From Hypanus sabinus (lineage: Eukaryota), in the NCBI RefSeq assembly GCF_030144855.1, contig NC_082712.1, positions 13,082,001 to 13,146,000 on the forward strand: a DNA stretch of 64,000 bases, given 5' to 3'. Position numbers and translations under genes: made by a program. Position 1 is the first letter of the stretch; the number at the start of each line of letters is the position of its first letter. Shown here in pieces: positions 50,301 through 62,699 of the stretch. The notes beneath the pieces were generated by a model, which ran no database searches, had not been told where the DNA came from, and saw nothing but the letters and a program-made list of their open reading frames with translations.

Positions 50301-53300
50301 TTGAATTGTTCAGCTCTATCTACAGACGGTACTTGAAATCAAGAACTGTTTGGTATTGCTTATTACTCCAAGGGAGACCATCCAGCCATTGGACTATGCT
50401 GGCTCCCAGCAGAGTGGTCCCTGTTGTTCCATTCCCTCTTTATTTTCTTGTACCCCATTGTCTCTCATAAATGCCCATTCACTGCCTCCAAAACGCACTC
50501 AGGATAATTTATTAACCAATCATCCCATGCATCCTTAGTGCATCGGAAATGAAACAGAACACGCATGGGATACCCACAGCCACAGGGACAACATGCAAAC
50601 AGCAGTGCCAGCGACTACCCACCACTGTCTGTAATAAGTCTGTATGCTCATCCCAAGACTGCATGGATTCCTTCTGGGTGGACCAGTTACCTCCCACATT
50701 CCAAAGATGTATGGGTTGAGAGGGCAATTAGTCACTTTTGTGTATGTAAGCGCCACAGGTTTGTTACTGTGCTGTATCTCTAAATAATAACATGAATAAA
50801 GTTTCCTCTATCAGTAAGACAGTTGTCTTCTATGTAAATTATAGAGCATGGTTTCTCAACCTGGGGTCCATGGACCCCTTGCTTAATGTTAATGGCCCAT
50901 GGCATAAATTCCAACCCAGCACTAGAGTCATTAGTTTCTTTCAGGCATGCTCATGAGCCTGGGATTAACCAAAGATAAGTGTAGGTGTTTGAAGCAGCAG
51001 AGTACCTGTGATTGAAGGCCCTTCGTCTGATCTATGGGATTGAGAGACATGTGGCTGTAGTGTGAAATGTTAATGAGTTCATTCAAGTTCAATTGTCATT
51101 CACCCGTGCACTTGAAAACAATCAAATGAAACAGTGTTCCTCTGGGTCCAAGGTGCAAAGCGCACCTGTTGACAGTCTTGCCTGACAGTGTATTGTCTCC
51201 TGGCAATGTCCCTACCAAGGTGTAAAACCCCACATTTATCTGAGTTAAACTCCATCTGCGATTTCTTTGTCCAGACCTACTACTGATATATATCGTATTG
51301 TATTCTATGCCAGTCTGCTAAACAATCCACAATCCACTAATCTTAGTGTCATCTCCAAACTTAATAACCCACCAATCTGCATTTGTATCCAGGTCATTTA
51401 CGTACATCACAAACAGCAGAGGTCCCAGCAGAAAACCCTATGAAACATCCCTAATTACAGACCTCCAGCTCAATTAAACCCCTTCAATCACTCATGTGGC
51501 AGCAGCCCAATGCAGAGATGTTTGAAAGGTTCAGTTGTTGCTCAGAACAAATTTCAGAATGGGGAAGACGTGATCTAAATATCTTTGACTGTGAAATGTT
51601 TGATTATCTGTCAAATTTCATGTCTGTTGTACCTCTTCTATATGAAATTGTGTGTGATAGGGTATTGTCATGTTCTTGTCTGTGTGTTTACATGACTTAG
51701 TTCACAGTGAGTTTGTAAAGGCATTTGTAGTTAAGACCACAACACATAGGAGAGTAACTCAGCCATTCAACCCATCGACTATCCCCTGCTATGCCATCAT
51801 GACTATTTTATTATCCCACTGTATCCCTCTCTTCTGCCTTCTTCCCCTAACCTTTGATGCCCTGACACCAATAACCTATCCTCCTCAACTTTAAATGTAC
51901 TCAATGATTTGGCATACACAGCCGTTAGTGCCAATGAATTCCACAATTCATTACCACCTGCCAAATCATATTCCTCCTCAGCTCTGTTCTAAATGGAAAT
52001 AACTCAATTCTGATTCATGCCCTCTGGTCCTAGACTCATCCACATTAAAAACATCCTCCCCACTTCAACTCTATCTCAGGCTTTCAATATTCAACAGGAT
52101 TCAGTGAGATGTCCCCTCAATCTTCTAAGCTGCAGCGAGGACAGGCCCAGAGCTGTCAAACGATTCTCATGTGTTAACCATTTCACTCCTGGAATCTTTC
52201 TTCTCACCCTCCTCTGGGCCCCCACCCCCCCCCCCCCAATGCCAGCACATTTTTCATCAGAGAAGGGGAACAAACGGTTCCCAAACTGCTCCATTGCTAC
52301 AAATAGTACAAGCACTACCTTAAGCTTTGTGAATGTGTGTTGGTTGGGGAGGGTGTGCAGTTTAAAGAGCAGGGCAGGTTTGTTTTACACAGAATATGGT
52401 GAGTGCATTGAGACACACTTTGCAGTTGTTCCCTTAAGTTCTTAGAATAACTTTCCCCTCTGTTCGACCTCTTCTTCTTTTGAGTGGTCAGCATTGTGGT
52501 TCTTGTGAGTCGTAAGTGCAGTTTGACAGTTCCTCAATATTCTACAGCAACTGAAAAAAAGGTCAGTAATTCAGGGTCAGGAAGTAAAGTGCAGTGAGTG
52601 AGAAGTCCAAAGCACTGAGGAGTGGGTGAAGGACTCTCGGGTTGTCTTTGCAGTTTCCTGTAGTTAGTGTCAGGGTAGGGTACCAATAGCAGATTCATCC
52701 TTCACTTTAGTTGTTCATACTCAATGTGACGTCCAAGACCTCTGGCCACAGCCATGGGACACACCTGGTACCACACCGAAGATACTTTAAATTTCCCAAT
52801 TTCCAAGTGAAGTGAACATTACAGAATTGTCTCCAGCATCGAATGCAGAGGCGGCCGACTCCCAAAATATTTTCAAGAAGGAACAATTTCATAATGCCAA
52901 ATCATAAATAAAGGGAGTCTGGAAATCTAGAGCAACACATACAAATTCTGGTGGATCCCAGCAAGTCTCGCAGCATCAATGGAAAGGAATAAACAGTTGA
53001 GTCATGATGAAATATCTTGGCCCAAAACGTCAACTTCCTTTCATAGATGCTGTCTGACTTGCTGCGTTCCTGTATAATGTCTCACTGCCGAAGGTATTGT
53101 GGTTAAGGATCCTGAAGTCGATGGTCAGCCATGGCCATATTGACAGGTGGAGCAGGGCAGGACAACCGAATGCCCCCTATCTGTTAACTGGGCTCAGGGT
53201 GGTTGGTGGATGAAGAGGAGGGACTGTTCCTGAGAGGGAAACAGGGTGGTGGAGCTGGGAGGTGTGCAGAGTGATGGTGAGGCTGTGGAATGGTTATAGG

Positions 53301-54039
53301 AGGGAGGGACTATTCCTGAGACAGGATCAGGGAGGTAGAGCTGGGGTACATGTGAGGTGCGAGGGAGGCTGTGAAATGGACTCTGGTGTCAGGCCAAGCT
53401 CATGGGAAGGATAGATCCTTCAATTGTAAGGACACTTGTACACTGCCTGCCTCCCAGCACATAGATTCCTTACGCTAATGGTGCATTTCACATGTAATTA
53501 ATACATAATTGTATCGGAATCTGAATTGATGTGATTGCAGATGACTTGAGTCTGTGCTTCCAGATTCCCTGCAAAGTTCAAACTAATTACCAAAGTACGT
53601 ATATATCAGCACGTACTACCCCAAGGTTCCCTTTCATGCAGCGATCCAATGGTTTAATGGTTCAATGGTTGAATTTAATATCAGAGAATGTATTCCACAT
53701 ATAATAGAGGGCTATGGGTAACCCGAGTAATTTCTACGTTAGCGACATGTTCAGGACAACTTTGTGGGCTGAAGAGCCCGTATTGTGCTGCAAGTTTTCT
53801 ATGTTTCTATCCAACCTGAAATTCTTACTCTTTGCAGACGTCCATGACGCAGAAAGAAAGCCTCCAAGGAATGAAAATCCCAGAATCCCAAAGACCCCCA
53901 CTGCCCATTCACTCAGAGGCAACAACAAAAGCATCAACCAACCAGTGTGCTAAGCACACACCCCTGAGGTGCACCAGTAGTGAATGTGAGCGAGGAGGAT
54001 ATGTTGTCACAAACCCACGCTGATTGTGGTCTTCTGGTT

Positions 54040-55620
54040 AGAAAGTCGAGGATCTAATTGCAGAGGGAGGTACAGAGGCCCAGGTTCGACAGCGATTCAA
54101 TCAGGAGTGTAGAAATGATGGTGTTAAATGCTGAGCTGTAGTCGATGAACAGCATCCTGACTTCGGTGTTTGTATTGTCCAAGTGGTCTAAGGCCGTATG
54201 AAGAGCCATTGAGATTGCATCTGCTGTTGACCTATTGTAGTGATAGGCAAATTGCAGTGGGTCCAGTTCCTTGCTGAGGCAGGAGTTCAGTCCAGACGTA
54301 ACCAACCTCTCAAAGCAGTTCAACCTCCGAGTCAGAGGTCACAGGGTCATCCGGTGCAGTAGGGATCATCACAGCTGTCGTTGTGTTCTCCCTTTCAAAG
54401 TGGGCCTAGAAGGTGTTGAGTTCATCTGGTACTGAGGCATCGTGGCCATTCATGCAATTTGGGTTTCGCTTTGTAGGAAGTAATGTCTTGCATACCCTGC
54501 CAGAGTTGCCGTGCAACCAATGTCACCTCCAACTTCATTCAAAATTGTCTCTTTGCCCTTAAAATAGCCCTCCGCGAGTCAGAACTGGTTTTGTTGGTAC
54601 AGATCTTGGTTGCCGGTCCAGAATGTCACAGATGTAGCCTTCAGCAAATGATGTACCTCCTGGTTCATCCACAGCTTTTGATTTGCGTATGTAAAGCGAG
54701 TCTTTGTAGGCACCAGCACGCACGCACGCACGCACACACGCACGCACGCACGCACGCACACACGCACACACGCACACACGTTTCAATGAAGTCAGTAACA
54801 ATGGATACATACTCATCCAGATTCCAAGATGAATCCCTGAATACAGTCCAGTCCACTGATTCAAAGCAGTGCTACAAAGGCTCCTGTGCTTCCCTTGACC
54901 GTACCTTCTTGGTCCTCACTACTGGTGCAGCCGTCTTCAGCCTCTGCCTGTACTCAGGGAGTCGTAGTACAGCCAGGTGATCAGACTTCCTGAAGTGAGG
55001 GCATGGAATAACACTGTAACCATTCTTGATGGTGGTGTAACAATGGTCCAGTGTGTTGTTTCCTCTGGTATTGCAAGTGATCTGTTGATGATTATTGTTT
55101 AGTGTTTTTTTTAGACTGGCCTGGTTAAAATCCCCCAAAACGATGGTGAAGGCATTAGGATGTGCTGTATAATGCATGTTAATCCCATGCCCAGATCATC
55201 TAAAGCCTGATTGACAATGGCCTGAGGTGGAATGTATACTGCTAACTAAATGACCCAGGAGAACTCCTGTGGTAACTAAAATGGACGACACTTAACCACT
55301 AGATATTCCAGGTCTGGTGAGCAGAATTGGGAGAGCACTGATATATTTGTGCACCAAGAGGAGTTCATCATGAGGCATACTCCTCCACCTCTGCTTTTGA
55401 GACACTCTACAGATCTATCCTGACAGTTTATAGTAAACCCATCAATCAGGATCACTGCATCCAGTACGGAAAGGGTTAACCAGGATTCTGTGAAACAAAG
55501 GACACACACGATCCTAATGTCCCTCTGATTCAGTACCCTAACTCTGAGATCATCGATTTTATTCACCAGAGACTGCACATTTGCAGCAAGATAGTCGGTA
55601 CAGGGAGTTTAAGTCCCCAT
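54040..55620 (-). mobile_element. Rex1/Babar-like LINE fragment (endonuclease to RT)
   Basis: 'CFTESWL', 'IVLGDFNQA', 'TLDHCY', 'SDHL', '[12 protein letters not shown]'. Confidence 0.85.
54715..54780. repeat. (GCAC)n/(CA)n microsatellite
   Basis: Directly visible. Confidence 0.95.
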
Positions 55621-55919
55621 TTCCTTAAACGTACTTGTATTCCTGACCTGCAGCCACATTTCCTGTGTGGAATCCGGCGAGGAATTCATCCACAATCAGT
55701 ATTGTTTCTGCTGTTTCAAGCAGCAATAGTTCATTTAATAGCAATAAGACATCTTTGTTGACTACACTGACTGTGGAAGCAGTTGTGTTTTTAGCTGTAT
55801 CAGGCTGAAACAAGAATATTTAATCGTATCCAATGACAGTTCTGCTGCCACACAAGTTGCCTTAAGGCACCCCAGATTGAAAAAAAAAATGATATACAGC
55901 ATAAAATGAAGCAGTCTGA

Positions 55920-57480
55920 ACACCGACCCCTGTGGAACACCACTAGTCACTGGCAGCCAACCAGAAAAAGATCCTTTTATTCCCACTTACTCCTTTAAGG
56001 AAACCATGCTGACTTTGTCCTCTCTTGTCCTGTGTCACCAAGTACTCCATAACTTCATCCTTAACAATTCATTCCATCAACTTCCCCGCCGCTGAGGTCA
56101 GGCCAACTGGTTTATAATTTCCTTTCTGCAAGATGGTCTGTATAGGGAGTTTCCTTTCTGCTGCCTTCCTCCTTTCTTAGAGAGTGTAGTGACATTTGCA
56201 TTTTTCCAGTCCTCTGGCACCATGCCAGTCCAATCATTGATTTGAAAGATCCTTATAAATTCCTCCAGAATCTCGACTGTTACCTCTTTCAGAACCCTAG
56301 GGTGCAGTTCATCTGGTCCAGGTGACTAATATACCCTTATGTCTTTAAGCTTTTTGAGCAAGTTCTCCCTTGTAATAGTAACTGCACCCACTTCTTTTCC
56401 CTCACACCCTTCAACATTTGGAACACTGTGAGTGTCTTTCACAGTGAAGCCTGATGATTCATCAATCATCTCCTTAGCCCTCATTATTATTTCTCCAGCC
56501 TCATTTTCTAGCGGTCCTAAATCTACTCTCATCTCTCTTTTAATTTTTACATATTTGAAAAAGCTTTCACTATCCACCTTGATATTGTTTGCTTGCCTGC
56601 TTTCACATTTCATCTTTTCCCTCCTAACTATTCTTTCAGTTGATCTTGGTAGGGTTTTAAAAGCTTCCCCATCTTCTGCCTTCCCACTCATTTTTGTTTA
56701 GTTGTATGTCCTCTCTTTTGCTTTTATATGAGCTTTGACTTCCCTTGTCAGCCATGTTTGTACTATTTCTCCATTTGAGTATTTCTTCATTTTTGGAATA
56801 CATCTATCCTGCTCCTTCCTCATATTTCCAGGAACTCCCACCATTGCGGCTCTGCTGTCATTCCTGCTAGCAAATTCTTTAACTTTACTTTGGCCCACTC
56901 CTCTCTCATACCACTGTAATTTACTTTACTCCACTGAAAGACTGCTACATCAGACTTTACTTTCTCCCTATCAAATGTCAAGTTCAACTTAATGATATTG
57001 TAATTACTGTCTCCGAGGAGTTCTTTTACCTTAAATGCCCTTATCACCTCCAGTTCATTACAAAACATCAAGTTCAGTATAACTGATCCCCTATTAGGCT
57101 CAATGACAAACTGATCTAAAAAGTAATCTCTCAGGTGTTCAACGAATTCACTTTCTTGAGATCCATGACCAACCTAATTTTCCCAATCGACCTGCAAGTT
57201 GAAATCTCCCATGATAAACATAACATTGCTGTTTTGACATACTCTTTCTATTTCCCATTGTAATCTGTTGTCCACCTCCAAGCTCCTGTTGGGAGACTTG
57301 TCTATAAGTACCATCAGGGTCCTTTTACCCTTGCAGTTTCTTAACTCAACCCACAAGGATTCAAATTCTTCTGATCCGATTTCACATCTTTCTACTGATT
57401 TGATGCCATTCTTTACCAGCAGAGCCACACCACCCCCTCTGCCTACCTTCCTATCTGTCTGATACAATGTGTTGTCTTGG
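55920..57480 (-). mobile_element. Decayed CR1 LINE ORF2 fragments
   Basis: 'GVPQGSV', 'FIMGDFN', 'LLGDSNYNII', 'GPLENEAGEII'. Confidence 0.8.
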
Positions 57481-59518
57481 TCCAGATTTAATCCAGAAAT
57501 CCAGATTTCTATCCTAGCTCTCTAAGTTTTCTTTTCAGGACCTCCTTTTCACATTTTGTTCCTATGCCATTGGTACCAATATGTACCAAGACATCTGGCT
57601 GCTCTCCCTCCCCCTCCAAAATGTTGCGGACGCAATCTAAGATGTCCCTGACCCTGGCACCTGGGAGACAATGTACCATTCAGGCATCCCGTTCACATCC
57701 ACAGAATGTTCTACCTGTTCACCTGACCAATGAGTCCCCTATCACTACTGCTGTCCTCTTCTTCCTCTTTCCTGTGCAACCCGTCTCTTTTGAACAGGTC
57801 ATACCTCCCCCAGAAGAGATCCCAATGATCCAAGAATGTGAAACATCAAAGGGAGGCAATGGGCGGGCAAGGAGATGAGGTGAGGCAGGGAAAAGGGGAT
57901 GGGTAATAGTGAAGGAGGGGGTAGGTGGGAGCCACTGCACAATGTTCATGCTATCAGGTCGGGGACTATACAACCAGAATATAAGGTGTTGTTCCTCCAA
58001 TCTAGGTGTGGTCTCATTGCAATAGTGGAGGAGGTCATGGATGGACACAGTGGAATTAAAGTAAGTGGTCACTGTGAGATCCTGCTTTTTCTGGTAGTTG
58101 GAGCATAGGTGCTCGGCAAAGCGGACTCCCAGTCTACATCAGGTTTTATAGGGGGCCACATCAGGAGCAGCAAACACCGTATATGACCCCAACAGACTCA
58201 CAGTTGCCTCACCTGGAAGGGCTGTTTAGGGCCCTGAATGGTAGTGAGGGAGGAAGTGTAGGGACAGGTGTAACACTGCTTCTGCTTGTAAGGATAAGTG
58301 TCAGGAGGGAGATCGTGGGGATGGATGAATTGACAATGGAGTCATGCAGGGATTGATCCCTTTGGATAGTGGGGGGGATGGGGAGAGGGAAAAGTATGTT
58401 TGGTTGTGGGATCCTGTTGGAGGTGGCAGAAGTTCCAGAGAATTATATGCTGGATGCAGAGGCTGGTGGGGTGGTAGGTGAGGACAAGAGGAACCCTATC
58501 CCTGATAAGGTGGCTGCAGGATAGAGTAAGAGCCCAAAATGTCAACTGGACTGTTTTTCATTGAAGCTGCCTGTCCTGCTGAGTTCCTCCACCATTTTGA
58601 GAGCATTTCTTGGATTTCTAGCATCTGCAGATTTTCTCTTGTTCGAGAGTTATAGGGAAGTAGCCACCCCTCGATTGCAGGAAGTGAGTAGTTGGGTGAC
58701 TGTCAGGAGAAATGGAAATGTGAATAGGCAGTTGGTGCAGAGCACCCCTGTGGCCATTCCCCTCAATAGTAAGTACACTGTTTTGGATTCTGTCATGGCA
58801 CAGGACTTCCCAGGGAATGCCACAGAGACCGGGTTACTGGCACTGAGCATAGGTCGTGGTGCAGAAGGGAAAGAGGGCAGCGGTAGTGAAAGGGGACTCA
58901 TTAGTCAGGAGAACAGGTAGAACATTCTGTGGATGTGAACGGGATGCCTGAATGGTACATTGTCTCCCAGGTGCCAGGGTCAGGGACATCTTAGATTGCG
59001 TCCGCAACATTTTGGGGGTGGGGGGAGAGCAGCCAGATGTCTTGGTACATATTGGTACCAATGGCATAGGAACAAAATGCAAAGTTGTCCTGAAAAGGGA
59101 ATTTAGAGAGCGAGGTAGAAGCTGAGAAGCAGGACATCCAGGGTAATAATTTCTGGATTGCCTCCTGTGCCATGGCCACTGAGGGTAGAAACAAGATGTT
59201 TTGGCAAATTAATGTGTGGCTGAGAAGTGGGTGCAGGGGGCAGGACGAGGTTTTGAGATCATTGGGATCTCCTCTGGGGGAGGCAGGACCTCCATAAAAT
59301 TGATGAGTTCACCTGAACTCGAACGGGACCAATATTCTCATGGGCAGGTTCGTTAGAGCTGTTGGGGAGGGTTTAAACTAACTTGATAGGGGAGTGGGAA
59401 CTGGATTAAAGGGACCCAGGAAAGGATGGATGGTAAAAAAGGAAAGATGGGAGTGGGACAAACAGTCCATAAGGAATGTATATTTATAACTCACAGAAGA
59501 TCGCCTGTCTTCCCTCAA

Positions 59519-59904
59519 CTCCCAATGAGAGTATCTCTGTGATGACTGGAACCGAGGGAGCTTCGGCCACGTTACCCTGTGTGTTCACACGGCCTCGGCA
59601 GAGCCTCACCGCACACACGGTGACGTGGATGAGGAAGGATCCCTACCGAATCATCGTCACATTCAGGCACCATGGAAATGGATCGTGGGCAGTGGAAAAC
59701 GGAGTGACTCGGTACGAGCTCGTCGGGGACCCAGAGCTGGGAAGCGCCTGGATCAGGATAAAGCAGCTGAGAGTGGAGGACAGTCACAGCTACCTGTGTC
59801 TGGCTGAGTTCAGGAAAAGCCAGCATGATTATTATCATTGGCCTGGCGGAGACCGCGTCAAACCCCCATATATCCATGTGATCCAGAGTGAGATCTGACT
59901 GCAG
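59519..59904 (+). pseudogene. V2b: inactivated paralog of exon V2a
   Basis: Framework differs from V2a at 4 of 296 nt. Acceptor AG is AA (59517-59518), there is an in-frame TGA (59896-59898), and a 10-nt loss (GTCAGACCAG) shifts the donor to phase 0. Confidence 0.9.
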
Positions 59905-61164
59905 GTAAGAGACCATAGACACGTTCTGGAGGGGACGGTGTGGGTTTTGGGGGCAGCAAGTGAACCCTGTTACCATTATCCTTTCTCTAATCAACCCTCA
60001 CTCCTGGGTTTATCTGTCTGTCCCCGAGTGAGATCTGACTGTAGATCAGACCCGGAAAAGAACCCGTCGCCACATTCAAGTTAAAGTTTAATTGTCAATC
60101 AGTGACACGTGCAGCCAACAAAACAAAACAGCGTTCCTCCAGGGCCTTGCCTGAGCCTGGGAGGAATGAGTGGAGTTCTAATGGAGGATCAGGAAGCTTC
60201 CCAGAGAAGACACACACTCAACGTTTCAGGAAGAGCTTCTTCCTTTCTGCCGTCAGATTTCTGAAAGGACAATCAGAAAAGTGAGGACCAGCTCACCTTG
60301 TTTCCTTTTTTCCCCTTTTCTTGTGATATTTATTTAATTTAAAATTATACATGGTGGCATATATTTCTTTTGAAATTTACAGTTTTAAATTAATATGTAT
60401 TGCAATGTATAACGGGGTGTCAGGGTGAAGATACGTCTTTACCAAAGGAGGTGTAAGACACTCCTTCCCTCCACTAGTCTTCACTTTACCCTTGGGAGAG
60501 GTGTAGCCCCTGCTTCGCCCCCGATCAGGGTCACGTGAACCCATGGGATCAGGTGGTGGATGGTCATATGAGCAGCTGGTGCAGATCACAAATTCTGGTT
60601 ATGCGACCACTGACGCCAGGCAGACAATCTCTGAAGATTATTGACAATGGCTGGGCTCACCCGTCCTGTACAGACACTGCTCAGAAGAAGGTGATGGAAA
60701 CCACTTTTGTAGAAAAATTGCCAAGAACAATCATGGTCATAAACAGGAGAAATTCTGCCGTTGCTGGAAATCCAGAGCAACACACACAAAATACTGGAGG
60801 AACTCAGCAGGTCGGGCAGCGTCTATGGGGAAAGGATCAAAGGTTCATTTTATTGTCAAAGTTTGCATGTAGAATACAACTCTGATATTCACTTTCTCCA
60901 GATAACCATGATATCCAGAAATACCATGGGATTCATTACTAGAATAGATATCAATACCCCCACATGAAAAGGAAATGGAAGAATCTCGCAAACCACAAAC
61001 CCCACTCCCCGACCCCACCTCCCTCCCTCGCACAAAAGCCAACAGATCGCCCACCTGGAAGACGATCATCAGAAGATCAAAAGCCCCAACACCCCAACCC
61101 CCTCCCTCTCAAAAAATATAGTGCTGACAGCACCAAACCCAACACCCTCTCCCCAAACAGATTT

Positions 61165-62190
61165 AATGCAACCCGACCTTTTTGTACAGGTCACACCTGC
61201 CCCAAAAGAGGTCCCAATGATCCAGAAATCTGAATCCCTGCCCCCTGCTCCAATCCCTCAGCCACGCATTTATCCTCCACCTCACTCTATTCCTGTACTC
61301 GGTGTCACATGGCACAGGCAGTAATCCCGAGATGTGGTCCTGCTTCTCAACTTCCTTCCTAGCACTCTGTTGTCTGCTTTCAGGACCTCCTCCCTTTTCC
61401 TACCAGTGTCATTGGTACCAATATGTACCACGACCTCTGGCTGTTCACCACCCCACTTCAGGATAACGTGGACGTGACCAGAAACATCCTGGACCCTGGC
61501 ACCATCGAGGCAAACTACCATCCGCGTTTCTTTCCTGCATCCACAGAATTGCCTATCTGACCCCCTAACTATGGAGTCCCCTATCACTGCTGCCATCCTC
61601 TTCCTTTCCCTACCCTTCTGAGCCACAGGGCCAGACTCTGTGCCAGAGACGTGACCACGGTTGCTTCCCCCTGTAGGCTGTTCCTCCCAACAGTCCTCAA
61701 ACAGGAGTACTTACTGTTAAGGGGGACAGCCACAAGGGTACTGTCTGGCATCTGACTCGTCCTTCCCTCTCCTGACTGTTACCCATTTACCTAACTCCCG
61801 AGGCCCCGGTGTAACTACCTGCCTATAGCTCCTCTCTATCACCTCCTTGTTCTCCCTGACCATGCGAAGGTCATTGAGCTGCAGATCCAGTTCCCTAACA
61901 CGGTTCCTAAGAAGCTGCAGCTCGACACACCAGGTGCAGATGTGGCCGTCCAAGAGGCTGGGAGTCATCTGACACCGAGCACAGACATACTTCCTGTCTG
62001 TATTCTACACAGATAACCTACCTGGCCTCGACCCGTTACTGCCGAAGCTCTGTTGAGCCAAAGCCTTCCTCGTCTGTTTCCCTCTACTATAGTGCCTGCT
62101 CTGTAAAGCTGTCTCCTTTTAAACTCTTCCCATGGTTCTCACTGGCTGATGTCCACGCGCTTGCGCAGTCGTGCCCCGATCAAACTGCTG
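61165..62190 (-). mobile_element. CR1 LINE 5' region / ORF1 (SGNH esterase-like) remnant
   Basis: 'AAVIGDSIVRGSDRQFCG..VVCLDGARVQDV..VVVHIGTNDT' and the upstream 'C..CVELQLLR.RVRELDLQL' coiled-coil region. Confidence 0.8.
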
Positions 62191-62206
62191 AAGAAATTGA
62201 TTTAAT

Positions 62207-62515
62207 GCTGGATTTGTTCTGATGGGAGATTGGAGGGACTGGGTGTGTTCTGAGTGGAGATCGCAGACACTATTTTTTCTGAGGAAAGATTGGTCGGACT
62301 GGGTCTGTTCTGATGGGAGATTAGAGAGTCTGGGTTTATTCTGAGGTGAGATCAGAGATAATTTCTGTTTTTTATGGTAGATTAGAGAGATTGAATTTGT
62401 TCTGAGTGGAGATTAGAGAGACTGGCTTTGTTCTGAGGGGAGATTCAAGAGACTGGCTTTGTTCTGATGAGTGGTTGGACAGACTGGGCTTGTCCTGAGG
62501 AAAGTGTGTTGGAAA
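62207..62515. repeat. Degenerate ~30-bp minisatellite (TTGTTCTGA.GGGAGATT.GAGAGACTGG), about 10 copies
   Basis: Periodicity read directly; ends approximate. Confidence 0.75.
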
Positions 62516-62699
62516 CATAGGAAGATAGAAAATCTACAGTGCATTACAGGCCATTCAGCCCACAATGTTGTGCTGACCATGTAAACTACTTTAGGCACTG
62601 CCTGGAATTCCCCTTCCACATAGCGCTCTCTTTTTCTGAAGAAGAAGTGAAGTGACATTGGAGAATTAGGGTCTACTCTGCGGACTGTTACACAAAGCA

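Noticed and set aside
50847-50915. hAT-like mini-MITE
   Set aside because: The left end looks like a terminal inverted repeat, but the right end is too decayed and no TSD could be verified.
54483-54980. ORFs with HARTHA / CVRACV repeats
   Set aside because: They are translations of the (GCAC)n microsatellite inside a LINE fragment.
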